DNA of 57,904 nt, from the IMG/VR virus record IMGVR_UViG_3300030012_002820, positions 1 to 57,904 of that record, one strand, 5' to 3'. Shown one piece after another: positions 1 through 9,636 of this stretch. A program made the position numbers and the translations under genes. Source of the stretch: a virus (taxonomy: Duplodnaviria > Caudoviricetes). The notes beneath the pieces are model-generated. The model was given only the letters and a program-made list of their open reading frames with translations. It was not told where the DNA came from and ran no database searches. Each line of letters starts with the position of its first letter. Within the stretch, counting starts at the first letter, position 1.

Positions 1-99
1 ATTACTACAGTAGCGTTAGGGTCTTTAACTCTTATGTATTGCTCATCAGCTTTTAAATCGCCATGAAATAATTTAAAATCTTTTGCAAATAATTGTCCC
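1..99. repeat. 99-bp terminal direct repeat (copy 1); circular-assembly overlap
   Basis: attactacagtagcg...aataattgtcca at 1-99 is identical to 57806-57904. The giant minus-strand reading frame continues across the join. Confidence 0.95.
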
Positions 100-3000
100 A
101 TAATAATTTTTGCATTTGTAAAAAAGCCTGTAGTTCCATCTAATTTAGCATTTTCAGATATAGCATTATATATATCTTCTTTACTAGAAATGCTAGTTTT
201 AATCTCATTGCCATCATTGTCAAATCTAGGTTTATCTGTTCTGCTTGCAAATATATCAACAGAAACAATTTTATTTACTTTTTTATATTCATCACTATTT
301 TGCCATTTTTTGACAGCACTAGCATATTTATCACTTATAAACTCAAATTGAGCTGTATCGCCATCCCAATCTCCATCTAGTACATTTTTAACATCTTCTT
401 TAGACATAAACATAGTTTCACCATGAAATCCATCATGTATTCTTTGCACTCTTCTAACAACAACACCTGTTACTTTTTGTATTGGATTTCTATGTATTAA
501 AACATTTACTTCATTATTTTCTAAAAACTCATTTAAAAGCTTAATTCTTTTATGTTTTTCTTTAGGTTTAATTCCTAATGATTCATAATGTTTTTTAATA
601 GAACCTGTTATGTTATTAGCTTTTTTATAAGCATTTTCTACTTGTCTTATAGCAACAAAATTGTCACTACTTAACATAACATTGCCTTCTTTTATATCTA
701 AATGAGCAGATGGTTTTAAATATACTTTACTTGCAGATTCATTTGTAGCTCTAGCTTTAAATAATCCATTTCTAACTAATTTACTATTTATAATAGGAAT
801 TATTTGACTTATAATAGCAGGATGAAAGATGCCTTTACCATCATCTTTAATAAGTGATACATATTTTAATATCTCTGTAGGAACTCTACCTGCTTTTACT
901 TCTGTATTAATAAACTTTTTAAAATTGCTAGAATCTTTAAATATTGATTGTATTTCTTGTATATAATGATTACTTACATTATTGTAATGTTCTTTTATAG
1001 CCTTTATTAAATCTTTTGCCTCTTTTGATTGTGACATAGAAGCCATTAACATTTCGCCTAAAGCTATTGGATGAGAAGCATCTTTTTTAGAACCTCTTTG
1101 TACATCATGTACTTTAATAGAATCTTCAGATATGTTAATTATTTTATTATCTTCAGAATATTCTTTACCAAATCTCATTTTTGCTTCATTTGGAGAAGCT
1201 ATCATATCAAATTTATTTCCATTAGCGTCAACAAAAATTCCATTTAATCCTGACCCTTGATATTCAGCAATCATTTCACCTGTTTCAGGATTACTAAATC
1301 TAATATTGTTATGTGGACTAAATTGCATATGCTTAAAAGCTATGTAATTAGCACTACCATCTGCATTAACATCTCTTTGTCTAATAAAAGTTTTAAGTTG
1401 TACAATTCTATCTGTACCTCCTAATATCTTTCTAATCTTTTTAAACCAACTTCCTGCTGTAAGAGTTGCACCATCCATATCACCATAAACACCCGCATCA
1501 ACATATTCCCCATCATACATAACTTCAACTTTAGTATCATCAGCTATAACCATAGCAGTACTATCACCTAATCCTCTTGGCTGAAATCCTTCTGCTAAAT
1601 CTATAGAAAGTCTTGTCATGCTATCTGCCACACTTTTTTCATGTATTAAATAATCAGGAGTTCTTAATTCTTGCCAAGCTATATATCTTCCAATATTAGA
1701 TGATAATTCTGCTTTTAATTTTATTGCTTGTGTAGCGTATTTTTTTATTTCTAAACCAATTTCTGACCTATTAAGGTCTTTATTGTTTTCTATAAATTCA
1801 TCTATAGTATTATTAACTAATGGATTTGCAGACCTTTCGACTTTTTCAAGATTTGACATAAATTGTTTTTTATGTGATTCATTAATATTGCCAAACTTTT
1901 CTTCATTCTCAAAAAATTCTTTATAAGAGTCTAAAGTAAGATTTAATGGTCTGTATTGTTTAGGTATAAATGAAGATATAACTGAAGCATTATCACCTAG
2001 TTTGCTGCCAACAATAACACTCATCCACGCATCTTGTATTTTATTAACTTTTTGGTCAGTTGCACTTGAATCAGATGAACGTGAAAACAAATTTTGTATT
2101 TGATTTATATATTGATTAGTATAATCATTTTCTAACTGAAGTAATTGTCCAACATTAAACTTAGCATTAGCTCTTGTCCAAAATCTTACATTATCTTTTT
2201 TTCTAACATTTGTTCTAGATATTTCTTTTACAGGTAAAAATAATAATCTAGATAATTTATCTTTTTGTTTTTCAAAAAAGTTCTTAACAACATTTTGTGG
2301 ATATTTTTTATTTGTAATTCTACTATTTGAACCTGCAAATTTAATTCCATCTCCTTTTTCATTATCAGTCATACCATCAATTGTCCACATTTGATAGATT
2401 CTAGAATCAACTGTTTGAGAACGACTATCTTCAGTATTAAATCTGCTTAGTTTATCTAAACCTTTTAGCCAATCCATTGCTAACTCATTAAATAAATAAG
2501 GATTTTCTTTTTGCAGTTTATAAACTTCTTGACCTAAAGCATTTGTTGTTTTTTCTGCAACATTTCTTGCTTTTTCAGGCTTACCTTGAATTAATGATGC
2601 TCTATTATCAGCAATATTTTTAGCCCATTGTGATAATTTTATTAAATATTCATCAAAGCTTTTGGTTGTTTTTGCCAATTTAATCATTTCAGGATAATGT
2701 TCATACTTATCTAAATATATCCCTAAAGCATCCTTGTAAAATTGTGTTATATGGTGGTCAGTAGTTACATTGGTTGCATCAGTACTTTTTTCTTCTCCAC
2801 TAGTAGCATCTTCTTGCTCTGATTTTTCAGTCATAAAATCTATAAATTGGTCGCCAACTATAGCTTCAGCACCTAACATTCTTCCTTGATAAAATTCTTC
2901 TGCTATAAATTGCTCAATATTGCTTACATCTTTACCAAAAAATCTTTTTAATCTATTAGCAAATTGTTTTAACCATATTTTAATTCTTTTACCAAGAGAT

Positions 3001-6000
3001 GTGTTTCTAGCTCTGTTTGTATAATACAAGCCAATATATTTAACTAAATTCTCTTCTGTTCCAAACTTTTTAATGCCTTGTTTTACAAGAGGGTCATTTC
3101 TAAATAGTTTAACATAAATATGTGCGTATTCGTGAGGCATTGTATCCATTCTAGCATCAGTACTTGACCAAGCTGCTAATCTTTCCATAGCAAAACCTAT
3201 TCTACGTTTGCCATACAGAGTTAAAACTCCTTGAAATGTTTTTGTATCTACAAATGGAAAATGTTTTTTAAGTCTAGATAATATTTTATTAGCTAATTTT
3301 TTATCTTCTGTTATTAAAATTTCTTGACTACTTTTATCATCTTGAAAGCTAAAATTTAAATCATCATTATTAGTTCTATCTAAAGAACGCTTATCGTCAA
3401 TTTCTTCATCTGTTGGTTTAACAGGATTTAATTCAGCGTCTACCATCCCTTGTACTCTAGCTAATATACCTTCTTCCCAAGCTTTTCTATCAGCATCAAA
3501 TTTTTCTTGTGCTGTTTTAGTAGGATTTTTTTCTAAAGCATCAGCTCGTTCTTGTAATTTTTTAGATTGTCTCTGTTCTTCATCAATTAAAGGATATGTT
3601 TTATTATTTACTTGAGCAACAATACTTTTAGTTGTTTTATTAAAACCTAGTTTTACCTTGTCTGAAACTTGAGGAACTTCTTCAACAGGAGCTTGTTCTT
3701 TAACAGAAGGTTCTTCTTTTTTAATTTCACCATCAATTAATCTTTGTGCTAACTCTGTTTTATTTTTACCTGATACAGATAGCCCTTTAGCTTTTAATTT
3801 TTCTTCTAATTGTTTTCTATTGTTATTTTTAATTAAATCTTTTACTGTTTCTCCTGATGGAGAAATAATTTCTTTAGCTTCAGGTTCATCTCCAAAATCA
3901 AATAAATCATCAACAGTTTTTGGTTTTGTAATGTCTAAAGTAGGTACACCTGCAAGAGTTTTAGGAACTGTAAAAACTCCACCTATTTTATCGCCTTTGT
4001 TATCTTGAGCTTGTAATCTATATTGATTAGCTGTTTCTCCTTCTATATATACTCTTCCACCATCCTTTTCAACATCTCGCTGTGTACGGAATAGTTTTGC
4101 AAAGGTTTTTCTATCTCCTACAGTTGTCTTTTTTGTTTTATCTTTTAAAACATCTATAGCACCTTGAGACATTTTTGCACTAGAACCTTTTTCTACTCCA
4201 TCTGTTAAAGTTGTTGGTTTTTCTGCAGTTTCTTGTTTTAGAGCTACTTCTTGCTTAGCAGGAACCCATTGACCACTTGTACCAACTCTGCTATATCCAT
4301 TATCTTCTAAATATTTAGCTAAATCTACTTCTCCTTTTAAATAACCTCCTTTAGCTTTAAGATGAGCAGCTGTATCCATAACAATAGTAGCACCTGCTTC
4401 CATTGCTTTATCTATATTTTTATAAGCACCTTGAAGAACACCGTTAACAACTGCTTGAAATGCACCACTTCTTCTTCCATTTGAAGCAATAAATATTATA
4501 TCATCAGAAGTATAATCCCCTGTATTTGCAAGACCTTCTTCTGCGTACATTTTTTGATACCTATCAGTAGAAGAGTTTTCTACACCTTGACCTATAAACT
4601 GAGTTGCTATTTTAGTTTTGACTTGTTCTTTTGGTACATATTTTATTGCTGAACCTTTAGCAACCTCTGCAATTCTTTTAGTCATTTTTTCTTGAAGAGA
4701 AGTAGTTTCTTCTTCTTGAATTACTTCTTTTTGAACAGGAGCATCTGGAACTTTTTCACCTGCTCTATCAGTAGGCTTTGCTGAAATAGTCATTCCTCCA
4801 ATTTGAATATCTCCGCCAGCTTCAGGTTCTCCAAACTTAGTATCTGTTGGTTGAGGAGTTTCTGTTTTTTGCTGTACATTAGTTGGGGTTAATTCTACTT
4901 CAGGTTCATATTCTCCATAAACAAATTGAGATGTATCATCTGTATCAAATTCTACATCAGGAGTAATTTCTTTAACGCTTCCTGTTTTAGCAAAATTAGA
5001 TAATCCTGATATGATTTGACTTTCAGTAGAGTTTTTTGGAAGATTTAATTCTTTTTTCTGTTTATTGCTTAACCCTGTATCATTTTTTATTGTATTATTT
5101 ATTTCTTCTCTTACAGCATCTAATAAAATTTCACTATTATTTGAATTTTTTACTTTGCTAATTATATCATTTTTATTTGGGCTAGAAATAACTAGTCCTA
5201 ATATTTTAGCACCTAAACCTTTTTTAGAATTAGCATCTTGTATAGCTTTACTTACATTATCTCCTCTATTAACTGATTCATCTAATACATCTTGCATATT
5301 ATCTGTAGCAGTTAATGCATCTAGATACCTAGCTTCTAAATCTGTATCATCTCTATCAATAGTTTGTACTTCCTCTGTTTCTAGAGGCGTATCTACTGTT
5401 TGTTGTTGTGGAGTTTCTGTAGTTTCTTTTTCTGCGTTTAATATAGCATTTACTAAAGGTTCTTTTCCTTGTGCTTTTGCTAAATTAGTTCTTCCAGGAA
5501 TTTGTAATTCACTTGCTCTTTGTTTTAGTTTTTCTTTACTAAGACTAGTTAGCTCATCTCTTCTTACATCTTCAATGACTGCTCGTTTTTCAGCAGTTAC
5601 ATCTGAAATATCTTCTGTAGTGACATCTGAGCCAATTAAATTCATTCCAACTTTATTTGTTAATCTAAATATAGAAAGCATACCTGTTGTTGCACCTGCA
5701 TAACCTTCTTCTAAAGCTTGTTTATCTAACCAACTTTCTTGAAATGCTTTTTGATAGGCTTCTAAAACTCCTAATTCATCATCAGCAACTTGATTTCTAA
5801 TACCATTTTGTATAACTTGTTGGGTTGTTGCTTGTGCAAATTCAGTCAAACCTTCAGAAACAGTAGTACTTAATCCATCAGCAATAGAAACTACACCTCT
5901 AGCTCCTAATTCTTTTATTCTACTTGCACCTGATTTACTGTTTACTACTGATTTAGCTAGACTTTTTCTTAAACTTGCATTAAAAGCTTCTTCTCCTATA

Positions 6001-6728
6001 CCTCCAACTTTTGCAAAAGCTTTACCGCCTAAATATTCAAAAAGCATTGACGTTGGAGTGTACAAAGCAGCTGCAACATATGCATTATCTTGAGCTTCTT
6101 CAGGAGATAATCCTTCATCATCAACTAAAGTTTTCATCATATCTACATACATACTTGTACCTTCAAGGATACCAATTGGAGCCATACCAAGAATACCTGC
6201 CCCAACAGTAGCTACAGCACCAGTACCTAATGCAGGAGCTAGAAAACTTGCACCTACTGCGCCTACAGCACTAAGAGCTAAAGATGGTATTGCCTCAGAT
6301 AAAGAACGCAAAGAAGCATCAAAGCTTGTCCATCCAGGTTCATTTTCTTTCCAAGCAACTAAAGCTTGTAAATCAGGATTAGCAGAAATTCTATCTCTAT
6401 ATATTCTATCAGCTAATTTTCTTGCGTTTTCACCTATTTGAGCATCTTGAGGATTTACCATGCCTTTAAGACCAGCCGAAGCTGTTCTAAGCATATTTTC
6501 CATTTGGAAAGCACTACGGTCAAGAAATCCAGGAGCTGCGTCATCACCAATACTATCGTATAGCTTTTCTCCAGGACTACGCATCCTAACATTTTGATTA
6601 AGAGAGGGGAAGTTATATAATGTATTTGATACTATTGCTTCATCAGACCAATTTGCATAAAATTCAGGGTCTTGATTCCTAACAATTCTAGCTAGTACAT
6701 CATCAGTTATTTTGTCTTGTTGAGCCAT
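1..6728 (-). CDS. N-terminal ~2,242 aa of a 2,678-aa virion/ejection polyprotein containing a two-barrel (DPBB) RNA polymerase, zincin-like and SAP/HeH domains; continues through the circular join to 56497
   Basis: ATG at 6728 overlaps the TAA of the upstream gene (MAQQDKITDD...). The track lists no minus-strand ORF here, consistent with a frame open to the window edge. Hand translation gives HRNP (483-494), DWDGD (357-371), DMDGA...LKTF...FKH...DMIASPNEAK (~1180-1480) and HEYAH (3120-3134). Confidence 0.88.
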   Translation of the reverse strand, partial: MAQQDKITDDVLARIVRNQDPEFYANWSDEAIVSNTLYNFPSLNQNVRMRSPGEKLYDSIGDDAAPGFLDRSAFQMENMLRTASAGLKGMVNPQDAQIGENARKLADRIYRDRISANPDLQALVAWKENEPGWTSFDASLRSLSEAIPSLALSAVGAVGASFLAPALGTGAVATVGAGILGMAPIGILEGTSMYVDMMKTLVDDEGLSPEEAQDNAYVAAALYTPTSMLFEYLGGKAFAKVGGIGEEAFNASLRKSLAKSVVNSKSGASRIKELGARGVVSIADGLSTTVSEGLTEFAQATTQQVIQNGIRNQVADDELGVLEAYQKAFQESWLDKQALEEGYAGATTGMLSIFRLTNKVGMNLIGSDVTTEDISDVTAEKRAVIEDVRRDELTSLSKEKLKQRASELQIPGRTNLAKAQGKEPLVNAILNAEKETTETPQQQTVDTPLETEEVQTIDRDDTDLEARYLDALTATDNMQDVLDESVNRGDNVSKAIQDANSKKGLGAKILGLVISSPNKNDIISKVKNSNNSEILLDAVREEINNTIKNDTGLSNKQKKELNLPKNSTESQIISGLSNFAKTGSVKEITPDVEFDTDDTSQFVYGEYEPEVELTPTNVQQKTETPQPTDTKFGEPEAGGDIQIGGMTISAKPTDRAGEKVPDAPVQKEVIQEEETTSLQEKMTKRIAEVAKGSAIKYVPKEQVKTKIATQFIGQGVENSSTDRYQKMYAEEGLANTGDYTSDDIIFIASNGRRSGAFQAVVNGVLQGAYKNIDKAMEAGATIVMDTAAHLKAKGGYLKGEVDLAKYLEDNGYSRVGTSGQWVPAKQEVALKQETAEKPTTLTDGVEKGSSAKMSQGAIDVLKDKTKKTTVGDRKTFAKLFRTQRDVEKDGGRVYIEGETANQYRLQAQDNKGDKIGGVFTVPKTLAGVPTLDITKPKTVDDLFDFGDEPEAKEIISPSGETVKDLIKNNNRKQLEEKLKAKGLSVSGKNKTELAQRLIDGEIKKEEPSVKEQAPVEEVPQVSDKVKLGFNKTTKSIVAQVNNKTYPLIDEEQRQSKKLQERADALEKNPTKTAQEKFDADRKAWEEGILARVQGMVDAELNPVKPTDEEIDDKRSLDRTNNDDLNFSFQDDKSSQEILITEDKKLANKILSRLKKHFPFVDTKTFQGVLTLYGKRRIGFAMERLAAWSSTDARMDTMPHEYAHIYVKLFRNDPLVKQGIKKFGTEENLVKYIGLYYTNRARNTSLGKRIKIWLKQFANRLKRFFGKDVSNIEQFIAEEFYQGRMLGAEAIVGDQFIDFMTEKSEQEDATSGEEKSTDATNVTTDHHITQFYKDALGIYLDKYEHYPEMIKLAKTTKSFDEYLIKLSQWAKNIADNRASLIQGKPEKARNVAEKTTNALGQEVYKLQKENPYLFNELAMDWLKGLDKLSRFNTEDSRSQTVDSRIYQMWTIDGMTDNEKGDGIKFAGSNSRITNKKYPQNVVKNFFEKQKDKLSRLLFLPVKEISRTNVRKKDNVRFWTRANAKFNVGQLLQLENDYTNQYINQIQNLFSRSSDSSATDQKVNKIQDAWMSVIVGSKLGDNASVISSFIPKQYRPLNLTLDSYKEFFENEEKFGNINESHKKQFMSNLEKVERSANPLVNNTIDEFIENNKDLNRSEIGLEIKKYATQAIKLKAELSSNIGRYIAWQELRTPDYLIHEKSVADSMTRLSIDLAEGFQPRGLGDSTAMVIADDTKVEVMYDGEYVDAGVYGDMDGATLTAGSWFKKIRKILGGTDRIVQLKTFIRQRDVNADGSANYIAFKHMQFSPHNNIRFSNPETGEMIAEYQGSGLNGIFVDANGNKFDMIASPNEAKMRFGKEYSEDNKIINISEDSIKVHDVQRGSKKDASHPIALGEMLMASMSQSKEAKDLIKAIKEHYNNVSNHYIQEIQSIFKDSSNFKKFINTEVKAGRVPTEILKYVSLIKDDGKGIFHPAIISQIIPIINSKLVRNGLFKARATNESASKVYLKPSAHLDIKEGNVMLSSDNFVAIRQVENAYKKANNITGSIKKHYESLGIKPKEKHKRIKLLNEFLENNEVNVLIHRNPIQKVTGVVVRRVQRIHDGFHGETMFMSKEDVKNVLDGDWDGDTAQFEFISDKYASAVKKWQNSDEYKKVNKIVSVDIFASRTDKPRFDNDGNEIKTSISSKEDIYNAISENAKLDGTTGFFTNAKIIMGQLFAKDFKLFHGDLKADEQYIRVKDPNATVV

Positions 6729-8494
6729 TATTTAGATGCTAATGATTCTTTTTTAAATCTATCTACTATTTCTTGTTGTTTATCTATTTGTCTTTTTAAT
6801 TGTGTGACTTTACTTGGAGATGCTCCTGCAAGTCTAGATTTTAATCTACTTAATTTTCTTTCAGCGTTTAATTGTTTTTGATTCTTTTGAGTTTCTTTCA
6901 TTTGTGAAAAAATACTTTTAACTCCACTAAAATAATCATCTCCTGTCCCAACTGATGCTCTTCCACTTAATGTACCTGTAGGAGTATTTGCAATCATTGT
7001 TGGTGGTTCTGTTGTAGTATTTTGATTTTCTATTTTTTCACCACTACTTATTTGACTTTTTATTTTTTCTACGTTTACATTAGGTGAAATATCTTTTAAT
7101 TCGTCAGGCTGTCTATCTTTAGTTGCAAACATTAAATACATTTTAGCAGCTCTAGAAATACCTTGCCTTGTAGAAAGTTCATTTCCACCGTCTTTAGGTT
7201 TATATTTTATGTTTTTAGCATTATCTCCAATTACAGAAGAGTTTTCTTGCCACCAATTTTCATTGTATTTAAAAGGATTATAAGCGTTTACAACCTTACC
7301 TGAAGAATCCATATACTTAGTACCATCAGCATAAAATAATTGATTACCTTTTTTTGAAACTGCTCCACTACTTACTAAAGCTAAAGACTCTAAATCATTT
7401 GCTGTTCCATATCTTGCTTGTGGAATAAGGTTTTTATATTTTTCAAAACCATTTCCAAATCCAAAGCTTGGTGCAAAATCAGGATAAAAAGCATTTGTAT
7501 TGCCTTGAACTAAATTCATTAATCCTTCAAAAGAAGTTCTAAGACTTGAAAGTCTTGCAGGGTCATCCATAAAATTACCTTTTTCATCAGATATAGATTG
7601 TGCTATAACTTTTAATTGGTCTTTATAGTTTCCACTATTATCAGCATATATCTTTATTTGGTCATTTTGAGTTTTTGCAAATTTTCTTAAATACTCACCT
7701 TGTAAATCATCAACTGTAGGCATACCTGCTCTTGCTGCTTGTACATCTTCAGGTACTTTAGCTAATATATTATATGCTAAATTAATATCTTCTGATTCAG
7801 CTGCTCTTCTTGCTAAATCAACCATTGTTTTTTGATTACCAACAGCAAGAGGATTATCTTGGTATCTTTTTAATTCACTTGCTACAAAATCATATCTCTT
7901 AGCTTCTTCAGTTAAAAGACTAACAGCTCTAGCATAATCTTTATTTTGTTCAGCAAATTTGCTAGTTGCTAAAGCTTGTGCATTGTCTACAATATTTGAA
8001 GTATTTCTTATATTATAACTTCCTATTTGGTCGCCTTTTGAAATAAGCTTTATATCAATCTCTTTTCTAATATTATCAAACTTTTCATTGGCATCTAAAA
8101 AAGTTTCTGTATTTTCAAGTAAATTAGTAACACCAATTATTTGTGTATCTATTGAATTTTTTTCCATAGAACCTTCTTTGTAAAGCATAGAATCACTAGA
8201 AAGCAAATCTAATGATTCTCTAATTCCTTTTAAATCTTCACGACTAACATTAGAAGGGTCAGCAAGAGTAGTAATAAGAGGTTTAAATTGTGATTCTATA
8301 TTTAAAACTTTTTGGGCTGTTTCATAATCTTCAAACTTTTCTCTTTGCCTAGCATCAGATTCTTCTTGTCTTTCTCGTTGTCTTTGTCTTTCTTCTTGCT
8401 TAAAGCCTAATTCCATTAATTCTAGAGCGTTTCTTTCACGCCTAGCGTCTTCATATTCGTTTTGTCTAAAAACTTGTGCCCAATTTGTAGCCAT
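6728..8494 (-). CDS. putative internal virion (ejection) protein, 588 aa
   Basis: Helical and charged; N-terminal R/E/Q-rich coiled coil; lies directly upstream of the giant protein in the podovirus ejection-protein position. Confidence 0.6.
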   Translation of the reverse strand: MATNWAQVFRQNEYEDARRERNALELMELGFKQEERQRQRERQEESDARQREKFEDYETAQKVLNIESQFKPLITTLADPSNVSREDLKGIRESLDLLSSDSMLYKEGSMEKNSIDTQIIGVTNLLENTETFLDANEKFDNIRKEIDIKLISKGDQIGSYNIRNTSNIVDNAQALATSKFAEQNKDYARAVSLLTEEAKRYDFVASELKRYQDNPLAVGNQKTMVDLARRAAESEDINLAYNILAKVPEDVQAARAGMPTVDDLQGEYLRKFAKTQNDQIKIYADNSGNYKDQLKVIAQSISDEKGNFMDDPARLSSLRTSFEGLMNLVQGNTNAFYPDFAPSFGFGNGFEKYKNLIPQARYGTANDLESLALVSSGAVSKKGNQLFYADGTKYMDSSGKVVNAYNPFKYNENWWQENSSVIGDNAKNIKYKPKDGGNELSTRQGISRAAKMYLMFATKDRQPDELKDISPNVNVEKIKSQISSGEKIENQNTTTEPPTMIANTPTGTLSGRASVGTGDDYFSGVKSIFSQMKETQKNQKQLNAERKLSRLKSRLAGASPSKVTQLKRQIDKQQEIVDRFKKESLASK

Positions 8495-8498
8495 AATT

Positions 8499-9068
8499 TT
8501 ACCCTATTTTGTAATTAGATTGCCCTGTAAAGCCTTCCCAAAAAGTATCTGCAACACTACTTGCCTGTGTAATATTATTTTGTAGTCTTTGTTCAATATC
8601 AGCTTTTGATTTTTCGCTACCTAAAGATATTCCTTGTCTGTTTAACTCAGCTTGTTTCATTATAGAATCAACATTTGTTGAGTAATCACTATGTATTGAA
8701 GCTTTAGCTATGTCTATATTCATTTCAGCTTGTTCATTATTCGCAAATCCTGACATACCCAAATTTTGTTCTTGAGCATATACTTCATACATAGAAGCAC
8801 TACCTTTTTTTTGTAAAGTATCTGTTTGTTGTTCTAAATTTAAATTAATTTTTTCCATAGCAAGTTTATTTTCTTGCCCTAATTGTGCTCTTTCTGCTAG
8901 TGATAAGTCTTTAGCTCCTCCTACCATAGCACCTGTATCTACTTGTGATGCTTTGTAGCCTGCATATCCTTTAGCTAATACTCCCGCTCCTGCTCCTATT
9001 GCTGCTGCTGTTGTTGCTGAAGCTCCTGCAATTCCTGCTATTGCTGTTCCTAGTGCTATAAATGACAT
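8499..9068 (-). CDS. putative small ejection protein (T7 gp14-like position)
   Basis: Ala/Gly-rich hydrophobic N-terminus (MSFIALGTAIAGIAGASATTAAAIGAGAG) followed by Q-rich helices. Confidence 0.6.
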   Translation of the reverse strand: MSFIALGTAIAGIAGASATTAAAIGAGAGVLAKGYAGYKASQVDTGAMVGGAKDLSLAERAQLGQENKLAMEKINLNLEQQTDTLQKKGSASMYEVYAQEQNLGMSGFANNEQAEMNIDIAKASIHSDYSTNVDSIMKQAELNRQGISLGSEKSKADIEQRLQNNITQASSVADTFWEGFTGQSNYKIG

Positions 9069-9069
9069 A

Positions 9070-9636
9070 TTAAACCTCTATATCTTTAAAATTTTTAGCT
9101 ATTAATTCTTTTTCTGCATCTTCTACATTTTTTGCATTAGTTGGATGCACAGTTATAAATATACAATCTTCATGTATATATATAATTCTTTTAGTTCCTG
9201 CTTTAGTTACTCCATAGTAAGGTGCTTTAATAGTAGTTTCACCTTCTTCGCTTACAATAGTCATAACACCTTTCATTAAAAAATATGCATTATCTTTTTT
9301 ATGTATTTTAGTAACTAACAATTGTCCTGCAGGATTAAATATTTCTCTTATATACAATCCATTGCAAAATTTATGCTTAATAGGATTAAAATGATTTTTT
9401 TCTAATTCACTAAAAGTTTTTTTATTAGCCTTTAAATGTTTTTCAACTTCAATTATTCCATCTTGAAATCCTTTTTTTGAAATTTCTGATGGTTTAAAAT
9501 GTATTGGTTTGCTTAAATTTCCTTGAGTTTCTACATACTCTGCAAACGACCAAGCTGTGTCAAATGAAAAAGTATGCTCTATACCTAATTCTTCTGTCAT
9601 TTCATCAAATTGTTTTTTTGCAGATTCTTTATCCAC
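9070..9636 (-). CDS. cupin-like beta-barrel protein
   Basis: HKFCNGLYIREIFNPAGQLLVTKIHK...GTKRIIYIHEDCIFITVH pattern; GTG start. Confidence 0.55.
   Translation of the reverse strand: MDKESAKKQFDEMTEELGIEHTFSFDTAWSFAEYVETQGNLSKPIHFKPSEISKKGFQDGIIEVEKHLKANKKTFSELEKNHFNPIKHKFCNGLYIREIFNPAGQLLVTKIHKKDNAYFLMKGVMTIVSEEGETTIKAPYYGVTKAGTKRIIYIHEDCIFITVHPTNAKNVEDAEKELIAKNFKDIEV

Noticed and set aside
3820-6211. Plus-strand ORFs 3820-4008, 5065-5703 and 6011-6211, and similar antisense ORFs across the structural arm
   Set aside because: They are shadows of long minus-strand genes, with no RBS and antisense-type S/L/F-rich composition.
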